A stretch of DNA of 64,000 nt from contig NC_083243.1 in the NCBI RefSeq assembly GCF_032191835.1, forward strand, positions 54,560,001 through 54,624,000, in the 5' to 3' direction. Position 1 is the first letter of the stretch. Every line of letters begins with the position of its first letter. Shown piece by piece: positions 11,103 to 23,601 of this stretch. The translations under genes were made by a program, and so were the position numbers. Source of the stretch: Heteronotia binoei (Eukaryota). The notes under the pieces are model-generated. The model saw only the letters and a list, made by a program, of their open reading frames with translations. It was not told where the DNA came from and made no database searches.

Positions 11103-14100
11103 CTGAAAAAAAAAGAGGACACATAGTAAGCTTAACAAGGAGGGTTAAGTTTAGTTTCTTCAGATCTGTTTTGTGAAACAGGCTCTTGTTTTGGAGAAAC
11201 TGGTGCTGCTGATACCTGAATGTTTCTATGCAAAACAGTTTACCAAGAGGAACAGGAAAGAATGTTAGAAAAGGGAGAAACATCATTAAGAACTTGTGTC
11301 AAGAGCAATAATTCAACAGAATTTGAAATGAAACATTCTGGACCACCTCACATCCTACATCAATCATTCTTTTCACTATTTCTTGCCATCTGACTATCAA
11401 GGCTGGCCCTGACACTAAGCAAACTAGGCAATTGCCTAGGGCACCAAACTGGGTGCTCCCCATGTGACTTGGTGACATTATCAGTGCAGGGGGGACAAGA
11501 AATTAGCCTTGCCTAGGGTGTCAGAGAGTCTAGGGCTCACCCTGCTGACTACTGGAATGTTGTGAATGTTTTAACTGGTTTTATTTTGTTATTTTATTGA
11601 ATTTGTACATCGTCCAGATCCCTGCCTGTGGCAGAGATTAGACAATTCATAAATATAATAAATACTGAAGATACTACACATTATTATAAGCAAAGACGAT
11701 GTCTGTTTTCCCCCACATATACTTGCCACAGGAACCTATAGCTGCAAACATGGATTATAGGGCCTAACTACAGACTGTTTTCCCTGGGGAATATCACCGG
11801 GTTGGACCACAGAGATATTCTGGGAACTCTGTTCTTCCCAGGTGGGAGAGCCTTTGGATTTGGATCTAGACTGTAGCATACTGGGAGATGAGGCTTAGAT
11901 CTCCCTGCTGTGATATTTTTCAGACGTAAAAGGGTCCAATGGAGTCTGCAAGCATATTGATGAGCAACAACACATTATGTTTTCACAACAGGACAAATAA
12001 TGCCCCATCCTCCCAAAGCCATGGTTCTGATCTGAACTGGAACTAGCATACCTGGCAAGCATGGAGCTTCAGAACACACCTCTCCACATGATCTGGGGGG
12101 AAGTGTACTGCATAGTTAGGCCCTTACTTGTTGGCAATAAATGTTTCAAACTACAAATGATGATGCATGCAGATAAGACTATATCTACATAATTCAACAC
12201 ACTACTATCATGCCGACAGCACTGAGTTTTATGAAAGAAATGCTGAATTTAAAAGCCAGCACAAAAATACACACATACCGTTTAACTTTTTCTGAGAGTC
12301 ATCAAACTGCTTCTGTGTTGCAGGACACATTTTGCCAGGGATGAAGAACAGGTGAGGCTTTGTCTTTGTTCTTATGTATTTTATTATTTTGGCATTATGT
12401 TCATTCCATTCCTCTTGCTGGTAAACAAAAAAGCATATTCAGTTTCACTGATAATACACTGATAATACACTGTTGCTCTGCGCACATGCTTTGGATGCAG
12501 TGATCCTCCTTTTGACCCCAGCACTTATGAATTAAAAAAGAACCTTCCCTAAGCCTGGGACCCTTGAAAACTGCAGCTAGCTAGCACAGGCAACACAGAG
12601 CTAGTTGGACCAGAGGTTTAACTTGATAGAACACAGCTTTATAAATTCAGATGATCAATTCAAACTCACCAACTGAGCAAGTTCAACTTTTTGTTCCAAA
12701 AGCCGCAGCTCTGTTTGTTTTGCACGTCTTTCTTCAAAAAGTTCTCGCCTCTCATTTTCAACTTGCTTTCTCTCTTCTTCTGCTTGCACTTCAAGTTTCT
12801 GTTCAATTTCTTGTCGCCTTTTTTGCTGCAGAAGAGAAAATGGTTTTATATTTGCTCAGCAACATCAAATTTAAATAGGATTATCACAGAAGATTTAATT
12901 TTAGTTTCTAAAGTTTCATTTTGACCCTGTAATTCTAGATTAAGATTAAAATCTTACTCTCCATCTCACATCTAAAACTGCAATCCTAAACACACTTAGA
13001 TCAGATCCAATGATAATTCAACCCAAAGTTTTTTCCTCAACCTAAATGGAGGAAAAACTTTCCGATTTTGCTAAGTGAAACTATCCCACTGCTTCTAGTA
13101 GGTAGGCACAATTGGTTTCTTGTTCTACAAAGGTAAAGTGCATATAGTCCCAGCAAGAAAGGTTTACAGGGGAAGAAATACCAGGTTTTGTATTGCTTCT
13201 CCAGTTTTAAAAGTTTTCAAAGCAACTTTAAGCAGTTCAGAGCAGCATACGCAGAGCAACTCTCCACCCTGTGTTTTCTCCTCACAACAACACTCTGAGA
13301 TAGGTTAGGCTGAAAAAGTGTAACCTGTGCAAAGTAACCTGGCAAAGTTCATTTGCAAGTGAGACTATAAACCCATGTCTATCAGTTCTAAGCCATATTT
13401 AAAATAATGAGTTACATATTTAAAATCTCTTCCCATTTGCCTTTCTACTTGAAAATGACATTGTTGAAAAGACAACAGTACAACAGAAAACTACTGAGTC
13501 ACCAGATGCAAGAGTCTTTCCATGTGGGATACGAATTTCACTGTATAGAAGTATTACTAAATTCTCATCTAGTTAAAATGTGTAGGGACTGAAAATTGGT
13601 ACCCTCTCAGTAGCAACCGTAGATTCTTGTTTGAACTTCTGAAGAGTACCCATCAACAGGCCAAATATACGCCGATTCCTAATAGAATATAGAAAAGAGA
13701 CAAGTATGATTACTCCAGACACTTAGAGACAGTGGCACAACACCATTTTCAAAGCTTTCCAAAGCAGCTAATAATCGGGATTATAAAACAAGGCAACAGA
13801 GCATTATTATTTTTTTTTAATTGCCACATTTTAAAAGCAGTAAAAGATAAAATGGGGGGACAGTATTGAAATGATCTCATGGAAAAATTTACATAAAGTC
13901 ACAGTAAAATTACGTTTCACTGACAGAGAGCAGAGATACTTAACCTTATGGAATACAAGAGGCAGACTTCAAGCCACACTTATCAAAACTAGAGTGTTAA
14001 TATTTTTGCCAGTACTTGTTTTGGCTCACATAAACAGTGTAAATGACACTAGTTGTTCGAACTTACACCTCCTTAGTCTTTGCATGAAATACACTTCATG

Positions 14101-17100
14101 CATTTCTTAAAACAGACTAGGATATAATGAAGCGTTTCACACGTAATTTATGCAGTGCAGATTCTAAACATTACCATGCCTTCAGTAACCATTCAAGCCA
14201 TTCCAAGTTTCAAAAACCTTATGATGGACCTCTTCTGCTTCCCTCCCTCAGAGGTTAGATTTTCTGTTTTTCTGTCTCTTCACTGACTGAGCAGCCCTGA
14301 AAAGTGTGGTTTCTTCTCCCCTAAGGAAACTTTGTCAGGATTGAGCATGAGGGCAGCCCAAGATGGTGGCCAGCAACTAAACACCTCTTGGAAGTCACTC
14401 TGTTCTAGTTTTATCTTTCACTTTTATCCTCCCAGCTCCATTTTAACTTTTTACCTCTCCCACAGATTTATCCTAAAGACTAAAGAACACTTTTTACTGC
14501 CATCTACTGTATCTTCTGCTCACCTCCTGGCTATACAAGAAAGCCTTCCACAGAGTGCGATAATGAGATTGGCTCTCATGGAGAGGAAGAAATGTCAAAT
14601 AATCTATACAGATCTCATTCTCCAGCCAAGTCAGCAAAACAGCTTCATCTGAATGGTCCTTATCTCATGAAGTGAATCAGTAAGTGACCTCCCTGGTTTG
14701 CTTCTCCAAACAAATATGTAGTTTTGGACAGAGTCCAATACCCAAGAAACACAACCCCCCCCCCTTCCATACCCTAATTTCCCTTATAAACGACAAGTTT
14801 AAGATGCATGAGGACCATCTGCTTTCACAGAAAGCCACTGGGGAACAGAAAACCTACACAACTTTTTAAAAGAAAATTCACTGTCTCCTTGCTGGTCAAA
14901 CAGTTAAACTTTGCCTGTTCCACCCTATCATAAAGATATATTTTGGCTATTTGCTCAGCCCAGGGATCTGATGGGAGAGACAGGATTACCCTTTAAATCC
15001 AATATCTTCTTAACTTAAATCCTTAAAAACTTGAGATGCTTCTAAAATTTAAAAATAAGGTTTTCTTTAACATCAAAGATCAGGAAATCAGGAACTGAAT
15101 TTACGGAGAGAAAACTAGTATAAACACAGACTTTTGATCTTGTTTATCAGGTAAATGAGAGGTTCTTAATTTATTCACAGTTCCATTGAAAGGCTTTTGC
15201 TCCAGTGTTTTTCAAACATTCTAACACACTTTAAGCAATTGTTCACTCTTTTGGTGCCCAAAATGCTGGTACCTTCTTCCCAGTACCCAAACCCCTTATC
15301 TTGGAACACCAGTATGCTTCTTGAGTTGTTCACTGACTTTTAAGGTCTCTACAGACAGTTTCTAATCACACCAGACCAGGAAATTCTGTACTCAGAGATA
15401 TCTCTGTTTGACTGGATAGGAAATCTCTCTTTAGATCCATCTCCTTTCCTTTTGCCTGAATAGAAGTCTTCTCTGCTGCCCAAACTTCCCTGCCAAACTC
15501 TCCTCCAGTTCTCTGTCTGTGTTCAAACTGCTCCCAGCTAATGCTGAATTCAGACTGCATTCAATCAAGGTAGAAATCTGACTCAACACTAAACCCTTTT
15601 CAGTCAGAGCTATTCTCAGATGATCTCAGTATATTCTCTTCTCAGTTAAGGCAGGAATCTGAATGACTCTCCTCAGCATACAACGCTCTCAAGACTTTTT
15701 CTGTTCAGCTGATGCCAACTAATCAGACTGCCTAGAGCAGCCTGCCACTCAAGGCTCTCTGAAAAATTAACCCTTCACAGTCCGTTAGTTGTTGGTGCAG
15801 CGCTTCTAAGCCTTTTATAAAGTACAGTCTGCCACATCATGCCACATTAAATTCAAATCCAGATACCTTTGTTTCCCTTTTTCATCCATATTTTGATCTT
15901 GAATAAGGTCTCGGCGTGTTCGCTCTTTGGAGGTAGCAACAACAGAAGACTGCAACGCTGGCTACAAGCACAGAACAAAACCAGATTAAATTAAAATTTT
16001 CACTCATTTCCTCCCTTCTTTCTCCACATGAAAATTCAGATATACTTTACTTTTTTAACATCATCATCCTCTGCGTCGCTTTCATGGCGTGATTCTCTCC
16101 TTGTCCGACGCTCCCCAGCCAGCCTAAATTAAAAACATGCCAAGTATTAGAACCACAGCAATAATTTAAATGGGATTAAAATGTTAATAAAACCAAAACT
16201 ACACATTCAGTGGCACCTTAAAGGTTACCAGTATTTACTCCAGTATGAGTTTTAATGAGAAAATAAATACTGTTAGTCTTTAAGGTGCCACTGGACTTCT
16301 ATTGTGTTTTGGTACAACAGAATAACACAGCTGCTACCCTAAAAAAAATCCAGAGATTTTCAAAATCCATTCTGATCCTATCTCATTAGCAACCCGTTTA
16401 CTGGGATTTAACATGTTCTTTGTGGGTGACCAGATGCTTCAACTTGCACTGTTTCCTCTAAGGACTACAACTTCCTGTGTTAAGTGTAAACTTTGCAACT
16501 CTGGGGATCAGAGTGCTGCAGTAGGAAGGGAGGGTCACAAGAAGTCTGGATTTCAGGATTCAGAAAATAATGCTTCTGCATTAGCTATACACAGAAAGGT
16601 TTTCAAAACACTTCACACGTTACTGCTCTCTGCACAGGAATTTGGCAAAGTGTAATGCAGTCCCAAGATTTGGGAAACAGTTGTTTTACTGTATTGCCTC
16701 ATTATAATAAAAAGAAAACTGTCATTACAACAGTTGATCTTCATACATCTAAAAAAGATGTTAAAGAACCAAGGTTCCTATGCAATATATTAAAGGATAT
16801 TTCTCCAGCAGGCGCATGGGGAGAGATTGTCTCAACAAACAGCACAGCTGCCCCCTTAAGCAATGGATTAGTCTGTAAATGGCAGGTAGCTCAGTTGTTT
16901 GGTAACTTGGTTTTAAATTATGTAGCATATGGTTCCCTGTTATGGGTGGGTGGGTGTTTGGAGGGAACTGTAAGCTTTTCCAAGTCCACAACAAGCAGAG
17001 AAACAAATGGTAAAAGGCATACAAGCAAGTTGTAAGTCCACTCTTTTCTTACCCACCTACTGGTCGCCCCTTCCAAATCCCTCTGTTTGGCTGGGGGTCC

Positions 17101-19328
17101 TCCTCCGCTATCCGAGAATCCACGCCTGAAATGAAGCAGGATTAGATCAGTGTAACAACAGTGAAGGCCTGCAACATCTAAGATCCCACATAACCTTTTA
17201 CAGCAATGAATACTTTGCCCCACAGGCAACAAGTTTTAGTACAGGTACTAAGTTTGCCTCATCTAACAGGAAAAACTACTATCCCAGGCAACCATAGCAG
17301 GTATTTACCAGTGTAACAAAGAACTGTATATATAGCCTCCATTACACTGTGACATTTCATGCAACAATAAAGAAGTGCGCCTGTCTTCCAGACTGAAGTC
17401 AGCAGTCTCTTCTCAACTGGAAGAAACACATGTCCTACTGTAGTCCCATGCTCTCGCAGCTGCACACTCCACACTATTTCTATTGCCTGTTTTGTGCTGT
17501 ATACAGCATCAGCAAATAACCTCAAAACAAGAGGACAGGAAGAGAACATGAACATCTTTAGATTAAACCACTAGGAGATCAGCAACCATACAAATGGGAA
17601 GGTTGGATTTTCAGCCCCTGAAAAGTTATCTAGAAAATAGTTTTAGAACATCTACCTGCCTTGTTAGCAACTAGTGTCTTACATTTTTCATAAACATGAA
17701 ACATACTAGGAGAACCTTAATACTGTGTATCATATTAATTGTAATTTTAAACACAATATTAAAGACTACTATGTAAACTAGCCTAACAGAAATATTATAT
17801 AAATGGTATTGAAAAGAGTTAAGCTGTATGGTAACTAACTTGATAGCTTACTTACTGTTTAACCTGCTTTCCAGAAAAAGTTTAAAGTGCTACATTTAAT
17901 CACAATGACCTTTAAATTGCAGAACTCTGAACACACCAGTTCTCACAAGGGCTGCAGCTGTTGCTGTTCAAGCAAAGGCTAACACACCACCCTATGCAAA
18001 TCAACCAGGGTTCTAATCTAAATGTCCCATAACTTATCCCACACCATTATTTAAATGTATCTCTACAGAGAGATTTCAGCTCAACAGTCTTATGATTGCT
18101 GTTTCCTTCCAAGTAAAGAGGTATAGGATGTAGCTGTACAGATTTTAAGGCTTTCCACATAGCCTCATGACAGCAGTAATGGGGAGCAGCAGGGGCAACA
18201 AACGATACATGCAATGCAAAGTCACTCCAACCTAACTCTCCGCAGGACTGCACTGTAAAACGCAGAATCATGCACACCAAAATATTAGAACATTTAACTC
18301 CCCTGAAACTGTGCCCCTTAAATACATATTGATTTGTCCATGTGGCATTAGTAACACAAACTGAAAACACTGAGTGACATAGCAAAAGAATTGCCCAGAG
18401 ATCCAAACACAATCAATACCATGCATTGGAATGCAGGTTCTTACCTCAGCAATATACTTCCACGCCCCCTACCTCCACCAGGGCCTGTGAGGGTCAACAA
18501 TCTACCTTGAGCAGGCCTGGAAAACAAGTAAAGCCATAGACATTAGAAAATAAAAACAAATCATTAATGCAGATCCAAAGAACATTTCAGAAGACTTCAC
18601 ATTCAGACCTGCTGCACTTCCCAGGTCACATGGGCAGCATTAAGATGTTCCCCTAGGGCAAGATTTCCCGCATTACTAGTAGCTCAACAAACTTTATTTA
18701 TGGAGCACATATTTATCCCATCCACCGTCAAAATGTTTTCCCCTCCTCCATTTTTCCTTCGTAATAGCCCTGTCAGATAATTCGGGTCGAAACCTAGTTC
18801 AAGCCCACCCAGCGGACTTTCATAGCTTACTGAAAACTTGAATTTGGGTCTTTAAGATGCTATAACAACCAGTAACATGACACTGGCTACACCACTCCCA
18901 CAACTACTTTCCTCGCACCCTGGACTCTACTCCTCCCAAAGGTACTTGTGGGCTGTTCCTAATACCCCTCCCATTTTTTTCTCTAAGGAACCTCCGCTGG
19001 TCCTTTTTCTGGCGAAAACACAGCACACACCAGAGATGCCCCACGCCTTAAGAATGCACCCCCTCCCCCCGTTTCACTTGCGGGTTGCAACAAAAGCCAT
19101 GCAACGGTTGCACGCTTACGAAGAAATGAAATACAAAGGAACCCTTTCGCTGGTTAATAAGCCTAATTTTTTCCACTCCGCTCCGCCCCGGGCCTTAGCC
19201 TCCCCTCAAACTCACCGAACATCGTTGGGGTCCCTCCCCGTAAGCTTGCGGATGTTCTCATCGACGTGCTTGAGGCTCTCTTTGGCCTTCTCGAGCTGCT
19301 CCTGCAGAGCACGCACAGCTACCGCCAT
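9829..19328 (-). CDS. PNN: Pinin, complete 9-exon CDS, 2067 nt / 688 aa
   Basis: Exons 19328-19216, 18516-18445, 17125-17057, 16123-16051, 15961-15867, 13678-13603, 12825-12670, 12417-12279, 11102-9829. All junctions are GT-AG and in frame. Protein runs [20 protein letters not shown]... through [15 protein letters not shown] and acidic and poly-Ser/RS tracts to ...KSDRKDKRR*. Confidence 0.98.
11760..12123. mobile_element. Candidate PIF/Harbinger-like MITE in PNN intron 8
   Basis: TIR GGGCCTAACTA/TAGTTAGGCCC; flanks ATA and TTA, compatible with a TWA TSD carrying one change. Confidence 0.5.
12279..12417 (-). CDS. PNN: PNN exon 8
   Basis: [46 protein letters not shown]; AG/GT flanks. Confidence 0.95.
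12670..12825 (-). CDS. PNN: PNN exon 7
   Basis: [52 protein letters not shown]; AG/GT flanks. Confidence 0.95.
13603..13678 (-). CDS. PNN: PNN exon 6
   Basis: [25 protein letters not shown]; AG/GT flanks. Confidence 0.95.
15867..15961 (-). CDS. PNN: PNN exon 5
   Basis: [32 protein letters not shown]; AG/GT flanks. Confidence 0.95.
16051..16123 (-). CDS. PNN: PNN exon 4
   Basis: [24 protein letters not shown]; AG/GT flanks. Confidence 0.95.
17057..17125 (-). CDS. PNN: PNN exon 3
   Basis: [23 protein letters not shown]; AG/GT flanks. Confidence 0.95.
18445..18516 (-). CDS. PNN: PNN exon 2
   Basis: [24 protein letters not shown]; AG/GT flanks. Confidence 0.95.
19216..19328 (-). CDS. PNN: PNN exon 1 (coding part)
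   Basis: [38 protein letters not shown], donor GTGAG, in CpG-rich DNA. Confidence 0.96.
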
Positions 19329-19429
19329 CCCTGCCGCCGCAACCACCACAGCGCGGCCTACCCAACAGAAAGCAAGGCCTGAGGAATCGTGGGTGAAGGA
19401 GTTGGCTCACCCCGACGTTACGTGTCTCC

Positions 19430-19800
19430 TCCAACAAATTCACCAATCGTCAGTCACAGTCTGGAGCGACAACTCTCTTATCCAGTAGCTGCTGGAAATT
19501 TTAGCCAGAGACCGCCTTGTGACTTTAAGAGGCACCAAGCTAACCCAATCGTCGGCTTTTATCTGAGCCAATCATTCAGTCCTATGTTTCATAGTGAAAC
19601 AGCTTTCAGCCACTGGACGCTCGCCGGCTTTACCAATCTGACCAATTACCAAATGCCAGGGCGGACTGATGTCTAAAGAGCCAACCAAGTGGTAAATGAT
19701 ATATTAGTAGTAACCAATCATATAGCCGAGCTGGATGGGGTGGGTGGGTCTTTCAATCTCACTCTATGACCCGTCCTATTCGTTTTCGCGCGCTCTTCGG
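19430..19800 (-). promoter_or_regulatory. PNN promoter: CCAAT cluster plus E2F-like site
   Basis: Six co-oriented CCAAT boxes (19443, 19545, 19568, 19633, 19642, 19714) and TTTCGCGC (19784-19791) in CpG-rich DNA upstream of the ATG. Confidence 0.65.
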
Positions 19801-20546
19801 GTCAGGTACTGCATTGAAGCGTAGGAGATGGATGTAGGTTCAAGGCCACGAGCGGGTGGGACTCGGGAGCATTGGTTATTCTAGGAAGTTCTTAATTGGA
19901 AGGGGCATTTGTTTTTGGATTTTGTTGTGACCCTTAGAGGTTGCATTTAACTCTCACTTGGAAATAAAAATCATTCAACTGTGGATCATATTTCTGAATT
20001 AGAAAAAAGGCTACTTTAAGTAAGAACCTCTGAGTTATGTCGTTTTATTTCTAAATAAATAATCTTGGAATCACGTCACAACTTCCTTAAAACAATATGA
20101 GCGAGATGAGCTATAAATAATAATTCCAGACGGCTAGCCCCTTTCAGCAAAAATAAACAGGCGTTTCATGGCACATTAGAAAGCAACACGATTTACTTCA
20201 GCATTAAGCTTGCCTCTGAAGAAGTGAGCTTTAGTTCAGGAAAGAAGCTGGAATACAGTTTTATTTCTCATTAAGAATCTACAAGCTTATAAATAGCAGC
20301 AAGTCTGTCTCACCTTTTCTAGACATGTCACATTTATTCATTTGAGTAGAACGAAAGCAGCTTGCGGCATCAAAGGGCCATTTGCAACAGTGAGCCTGAT
20401 GCCTGTGGATGTCATGGTGTCTGCAGAACAAACCCTTTTAGAAAGTGGGCAGGGATAGCTGGCCTTGAAGGGCTTCTGATTGTAAATTAAAAGGCAGCCT
20501 GTTAAACAGAGCTTGTGCCTGAAATGCTGTTGTTATTAGAGTTAAT

Positions 20547-20690
20547 GGTGGATAACTGTGTTGGTCTGAAGCAGCAGAATAAAGTTTGAGTCCAGTGGTA
20601 CCTATAAGACCAACAAAGTTTTATTCTGGGTATAAGCTTTCATGTATGTACACACTTCTTCAGATACACTGAAACAGAAGTCACCAACCA
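20547..20690 (-). mobile_element. PLE (Neptune-like) pseudo-LTR-derived short repeat; other copies at 1-123, 5136-5270, 5878-5945, 16277-16340, 21720-21830, 50903-50990
   Basis: Shared core ...GAAAGCTTATACC...TTTGTTGGTCTTAAAGGTGCCACTGGACTC...CAGACYAACAYGGCT recurs across these copies. Confidence 0.7.
20630..20667 (-). ncRNA. Minimal type I hammerhead motif with intact core, in a PLE-derived short repeat
   Basis: GTAT CTGAAGA A GTGTG-TACA-TACAT GAAAGCTT ATAC: 4-bp stem I, stem II with two G-U pairs, palindromic AAGCTT stem III. Confidence 0.55.
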
Positions 20691-21362
20691 TTACATATAA
20701 GTAGCAGGTGAAGAGTACTCTGTACCATTCTGACAATACGGGTAGAATGGAGTGGGTTTAGGGGAGGGTGATTACAATGATCAGGAGCCCAGAGATCAAG
20801 CCCTACAAGGAAAAGCTGAGGGACTTGGGAATGTTCAGTCTGGAAGAGGTTGAGGCTGGACATGAATAGCAGAAGCCCACTGGAGACAGAGCTTCAGAAG
20901 AAAACATGAAATATGAACCCAGTCTAATAGAGCTAGAATCTTATTAGCACTCCAAAGAGATGAGCAATTGCATTATGCGCGAACTGAATTTTTGGAGCTG
21001 TTTTCAGGGTGATCCTGCATAATGCACATTGTAGTAATCCAAATAATAGTTTACCAGTGTGTGGGAAGTGGAGGCAAGCTCACAATCTGAGAGAACTGGT
21101 TGTAATATTTACACAATTTCACACCACTTTTGCAAGCTACTGAAATCACAATGGTTTCTTTATATTTCAATCATGTTGGTCTCAACAAAAACAAAAAACA
21201 AGTAAGAGCATTATGAAGAATTTTTTTTTCTAAATAGTGAAAATATAGCCAAGTTTAAAAAAAATTTAGAACAGCAAGCACGAGTGTACCAGGTATTCTT
21301 AAGATGAATTTGCAACTGGTTAATATCTCTTGGTGGTGCTCTGGCAGTGAATTACTTTGTAC

Positions 21363-21684
21363 CAGGGGTGGCCAAACTTGCTTAATGTAAGAGTCACATA
21401 GAATAAACATCAGATGTTTGAGAGCCACAAGAGATAAATGTCAGATGTTTGAAAGCCACAAGAAAATGGAGGAAGGGAGGCAAATAGATGGGGTGAGGAG
21501 GGAAATGTTGGAAAAACAACAACTTTAAATGCATTCTCCAAGCCGCTGGCTGGCTTGGCAAAGTGATTTAAAGAAACAAATGCCTTCTCCAAGCTGGCTG
21601 ACGGGGCAGTGGGGGCTTCAAGAGCCACACAATGTGTGTGAAAGATCCACATGTGGCTCTTGAGCTGCAATCTGGCCACCCCTG
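21363..21684. mobile_element. hAT-type non-autonomous element
   Basis: Termini CAGGGGTGGCCA/TGGCCACCCCTG; TSD decayed. Confidence 0.75.
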
Positions 21685-22194
21685 CCCTGCATTAACAGTA
21701 GAAACCAGTGCAGAGTTTGATCACACAAAAGTTCATACCTTGAATAAACTTTTGTTGGTCTTAAAGATGCCACTGGACTCAAAATTTGTTCTACTTCTTC
21801 AGACTAACATGGCTGCCCACCTGGATCTATCTTCAGTGCAGAGTTAGGTGCTCTTATCTCTCGCAGCCTTACCTACACCATAGGGTTGTAAGATTATAAT
21901 TAATTATATGAACACGTCTGTATTCTAAGATCATTGGAGAAAGGATGAGATAAGAATTATGGAGTGTGTGTGTGTGTAAGGGCTGTCAAATTGCTTCCAA
22001 TAAGTTCTAGCTTCTAAGTAAACAGAACAAGGAGGAACCTATGAGAATACACAGTATGTGAACAGGATAAAGCAAAGATAAGTAGGAAATAGTCTTTCCC
22101 TTTTTCATCCAATTGCCCTCTCTTTTCAACCCACAGGCATGTTAGGCGAATCTCCTATCTGTCTGGAATAGGAATGCAGAATGAAACTTCCTTA

Positions 22195-23405
22195 GTGTTT
22201 GTTAAGTGCTCTCCAGTCACTTCCAGCTTATGGTAACCCTATGAATTAATGACTTCCAAAGCATCCTATCATTAACAGCCGTGCTTGGGTCTTGCAATCT
22301 GAGGGCTGTGTGCCTTCCTTTATTGAGTCAATCCATTTCATGTTGGATCTTCCTCTTTTCTTGCTGCCTTAAACTTTCCCTAACATTATTATCTTTTCCA
22401 CTGAGTTGTGTCTTTTCATAATGTGGCCAAAGTACAATAGCTTCAGTTTAGTCATTTTAGCTTCTAAAGGGAGCTTGATTTGATCTAGAACCTACTGATT
22501 TGTCTTTTTGCAGGTATATGGTATTTGTAAAACTCACCTCCAACACATTTCGTAGGACTGAACTTTCTTCCTGTCAGTTTCGTTCACTTTCCAACTTTCA
22601 CACCTTAGCTGCAATCACACACACTAAATAGTGTACTTTCAATCCATTTTCAATGCACTTTCCAACTGGATTTTACTGTGTGAATTAGCAAAATCCAGTT
22701 GGATTTAAAGTGTGTTTTTTAGTGTGTGTGTGATCGCAGCCATAATAATGGGGAATACTACGGGATAAATTAACTAAATCTCTGTTGCCACACAATACAT
22801 CTTTACACTTAAGATTTTTTTTCCAGCTCCTTCATGGCTGCCTTTCCATTATCCTGATTGCTTCATTGCAGTTTCCCTTTTGGTTGTTGATGAAGCCAAG
22901 GAATAAAAACATATTGAACTCAGTTTCTCCATTGTCAGCCTTAAAGTTGTGTAAATCCTCCTTAGTCATTATGTTGTCTTCTTGATGCTCTGCTGGAATC
23001 CTGCTTTGGCACTTTCTGCTTTAACCTTCTGCAGCAATTGTTTCTTCACTATTTTCTGCCACTAATGTGGTGTCATCTGCATAAATTGTTAATGCTCCTT
23101 CCAACAGTTTTCACTCCACCTTCATCGAAAGGTGAACTTTCTTTATGATCTACATATAGATTGAAGAGATAGGTAAATAAAATACATCCTTGTCTGACAC
23201 CTTTGCCAATTGGAAACCATTCTGTATCTCCACATTCTAACTATAGCCTCTTGTCCAGAGTACAGGTTGCACATCAAAACAATCAGATATTGTGGTGCAT
23301 CCATTTATGTTAAAACCAACCATATTTTCCCATGATCTACACAGTCAAAATATTTGCTGTAATGTATAAAAAACACAATTTGATTTTCTTCTAAAATTTC
23401 TTGTA
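22195..23405 (-). mobile_element. RTE/BovB-like LINE fragment
   Basis: Minus-strand remnants GVRQGCIL..YLFNLY and YADDT, plus a BovB-type 3' end; interrupted by a MITE at 22607-22741. Confidence 0.8.
22607..22741. mobile_element. Palindromic MITE nested in the RTE fragment
   Basis: Termini RGCTGCRATCACACACACTAAA and its reverse complement; internal inverted repeats. Confidence 0.7.
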
Positions 23406-23591
23406 TGCTCTAGTATCCAAAGTCAATTTGCAATATGAAGGGCCAGGATAAAAAAGATGAAATAGCAGGTGGTAAGTTTTCCCCTGATTCGTAACTATAC
23501 AATAATAACAATACATGATATGTATGTAGATCTTTCCAAGCATTTAAAGCGCTTCCCAAACGTGCGGCGGTTCTCACCAATACACGCACCG

Positions 23592-23601
23592 TCTCGCGAT
23601 A
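23592..23601. promoter_or_regulatory. TCTCGCGAKA (BANP/ZBTB33-type) motif in the TRAPPC6B CpG-island promoter
   Basis: TCTCGCGATA about 380 bp upstream of the ATG in CpG-rich DNA. Confidence 0.45.

Noticed and set aside
9999-11106. Several 70-123 aa ORFs overlapping PNN exon 9 in other frames or strands
   Set aside because: Shadows of the low-complexity Ser/Glu codon repeats of pinin.
19258-19676. ORFs around the PNN start (203 aa plus, 95 aa plus, 62 aa minus)
   Set aside because: GC-rich promoter and exon 1 shadows without domain signal.
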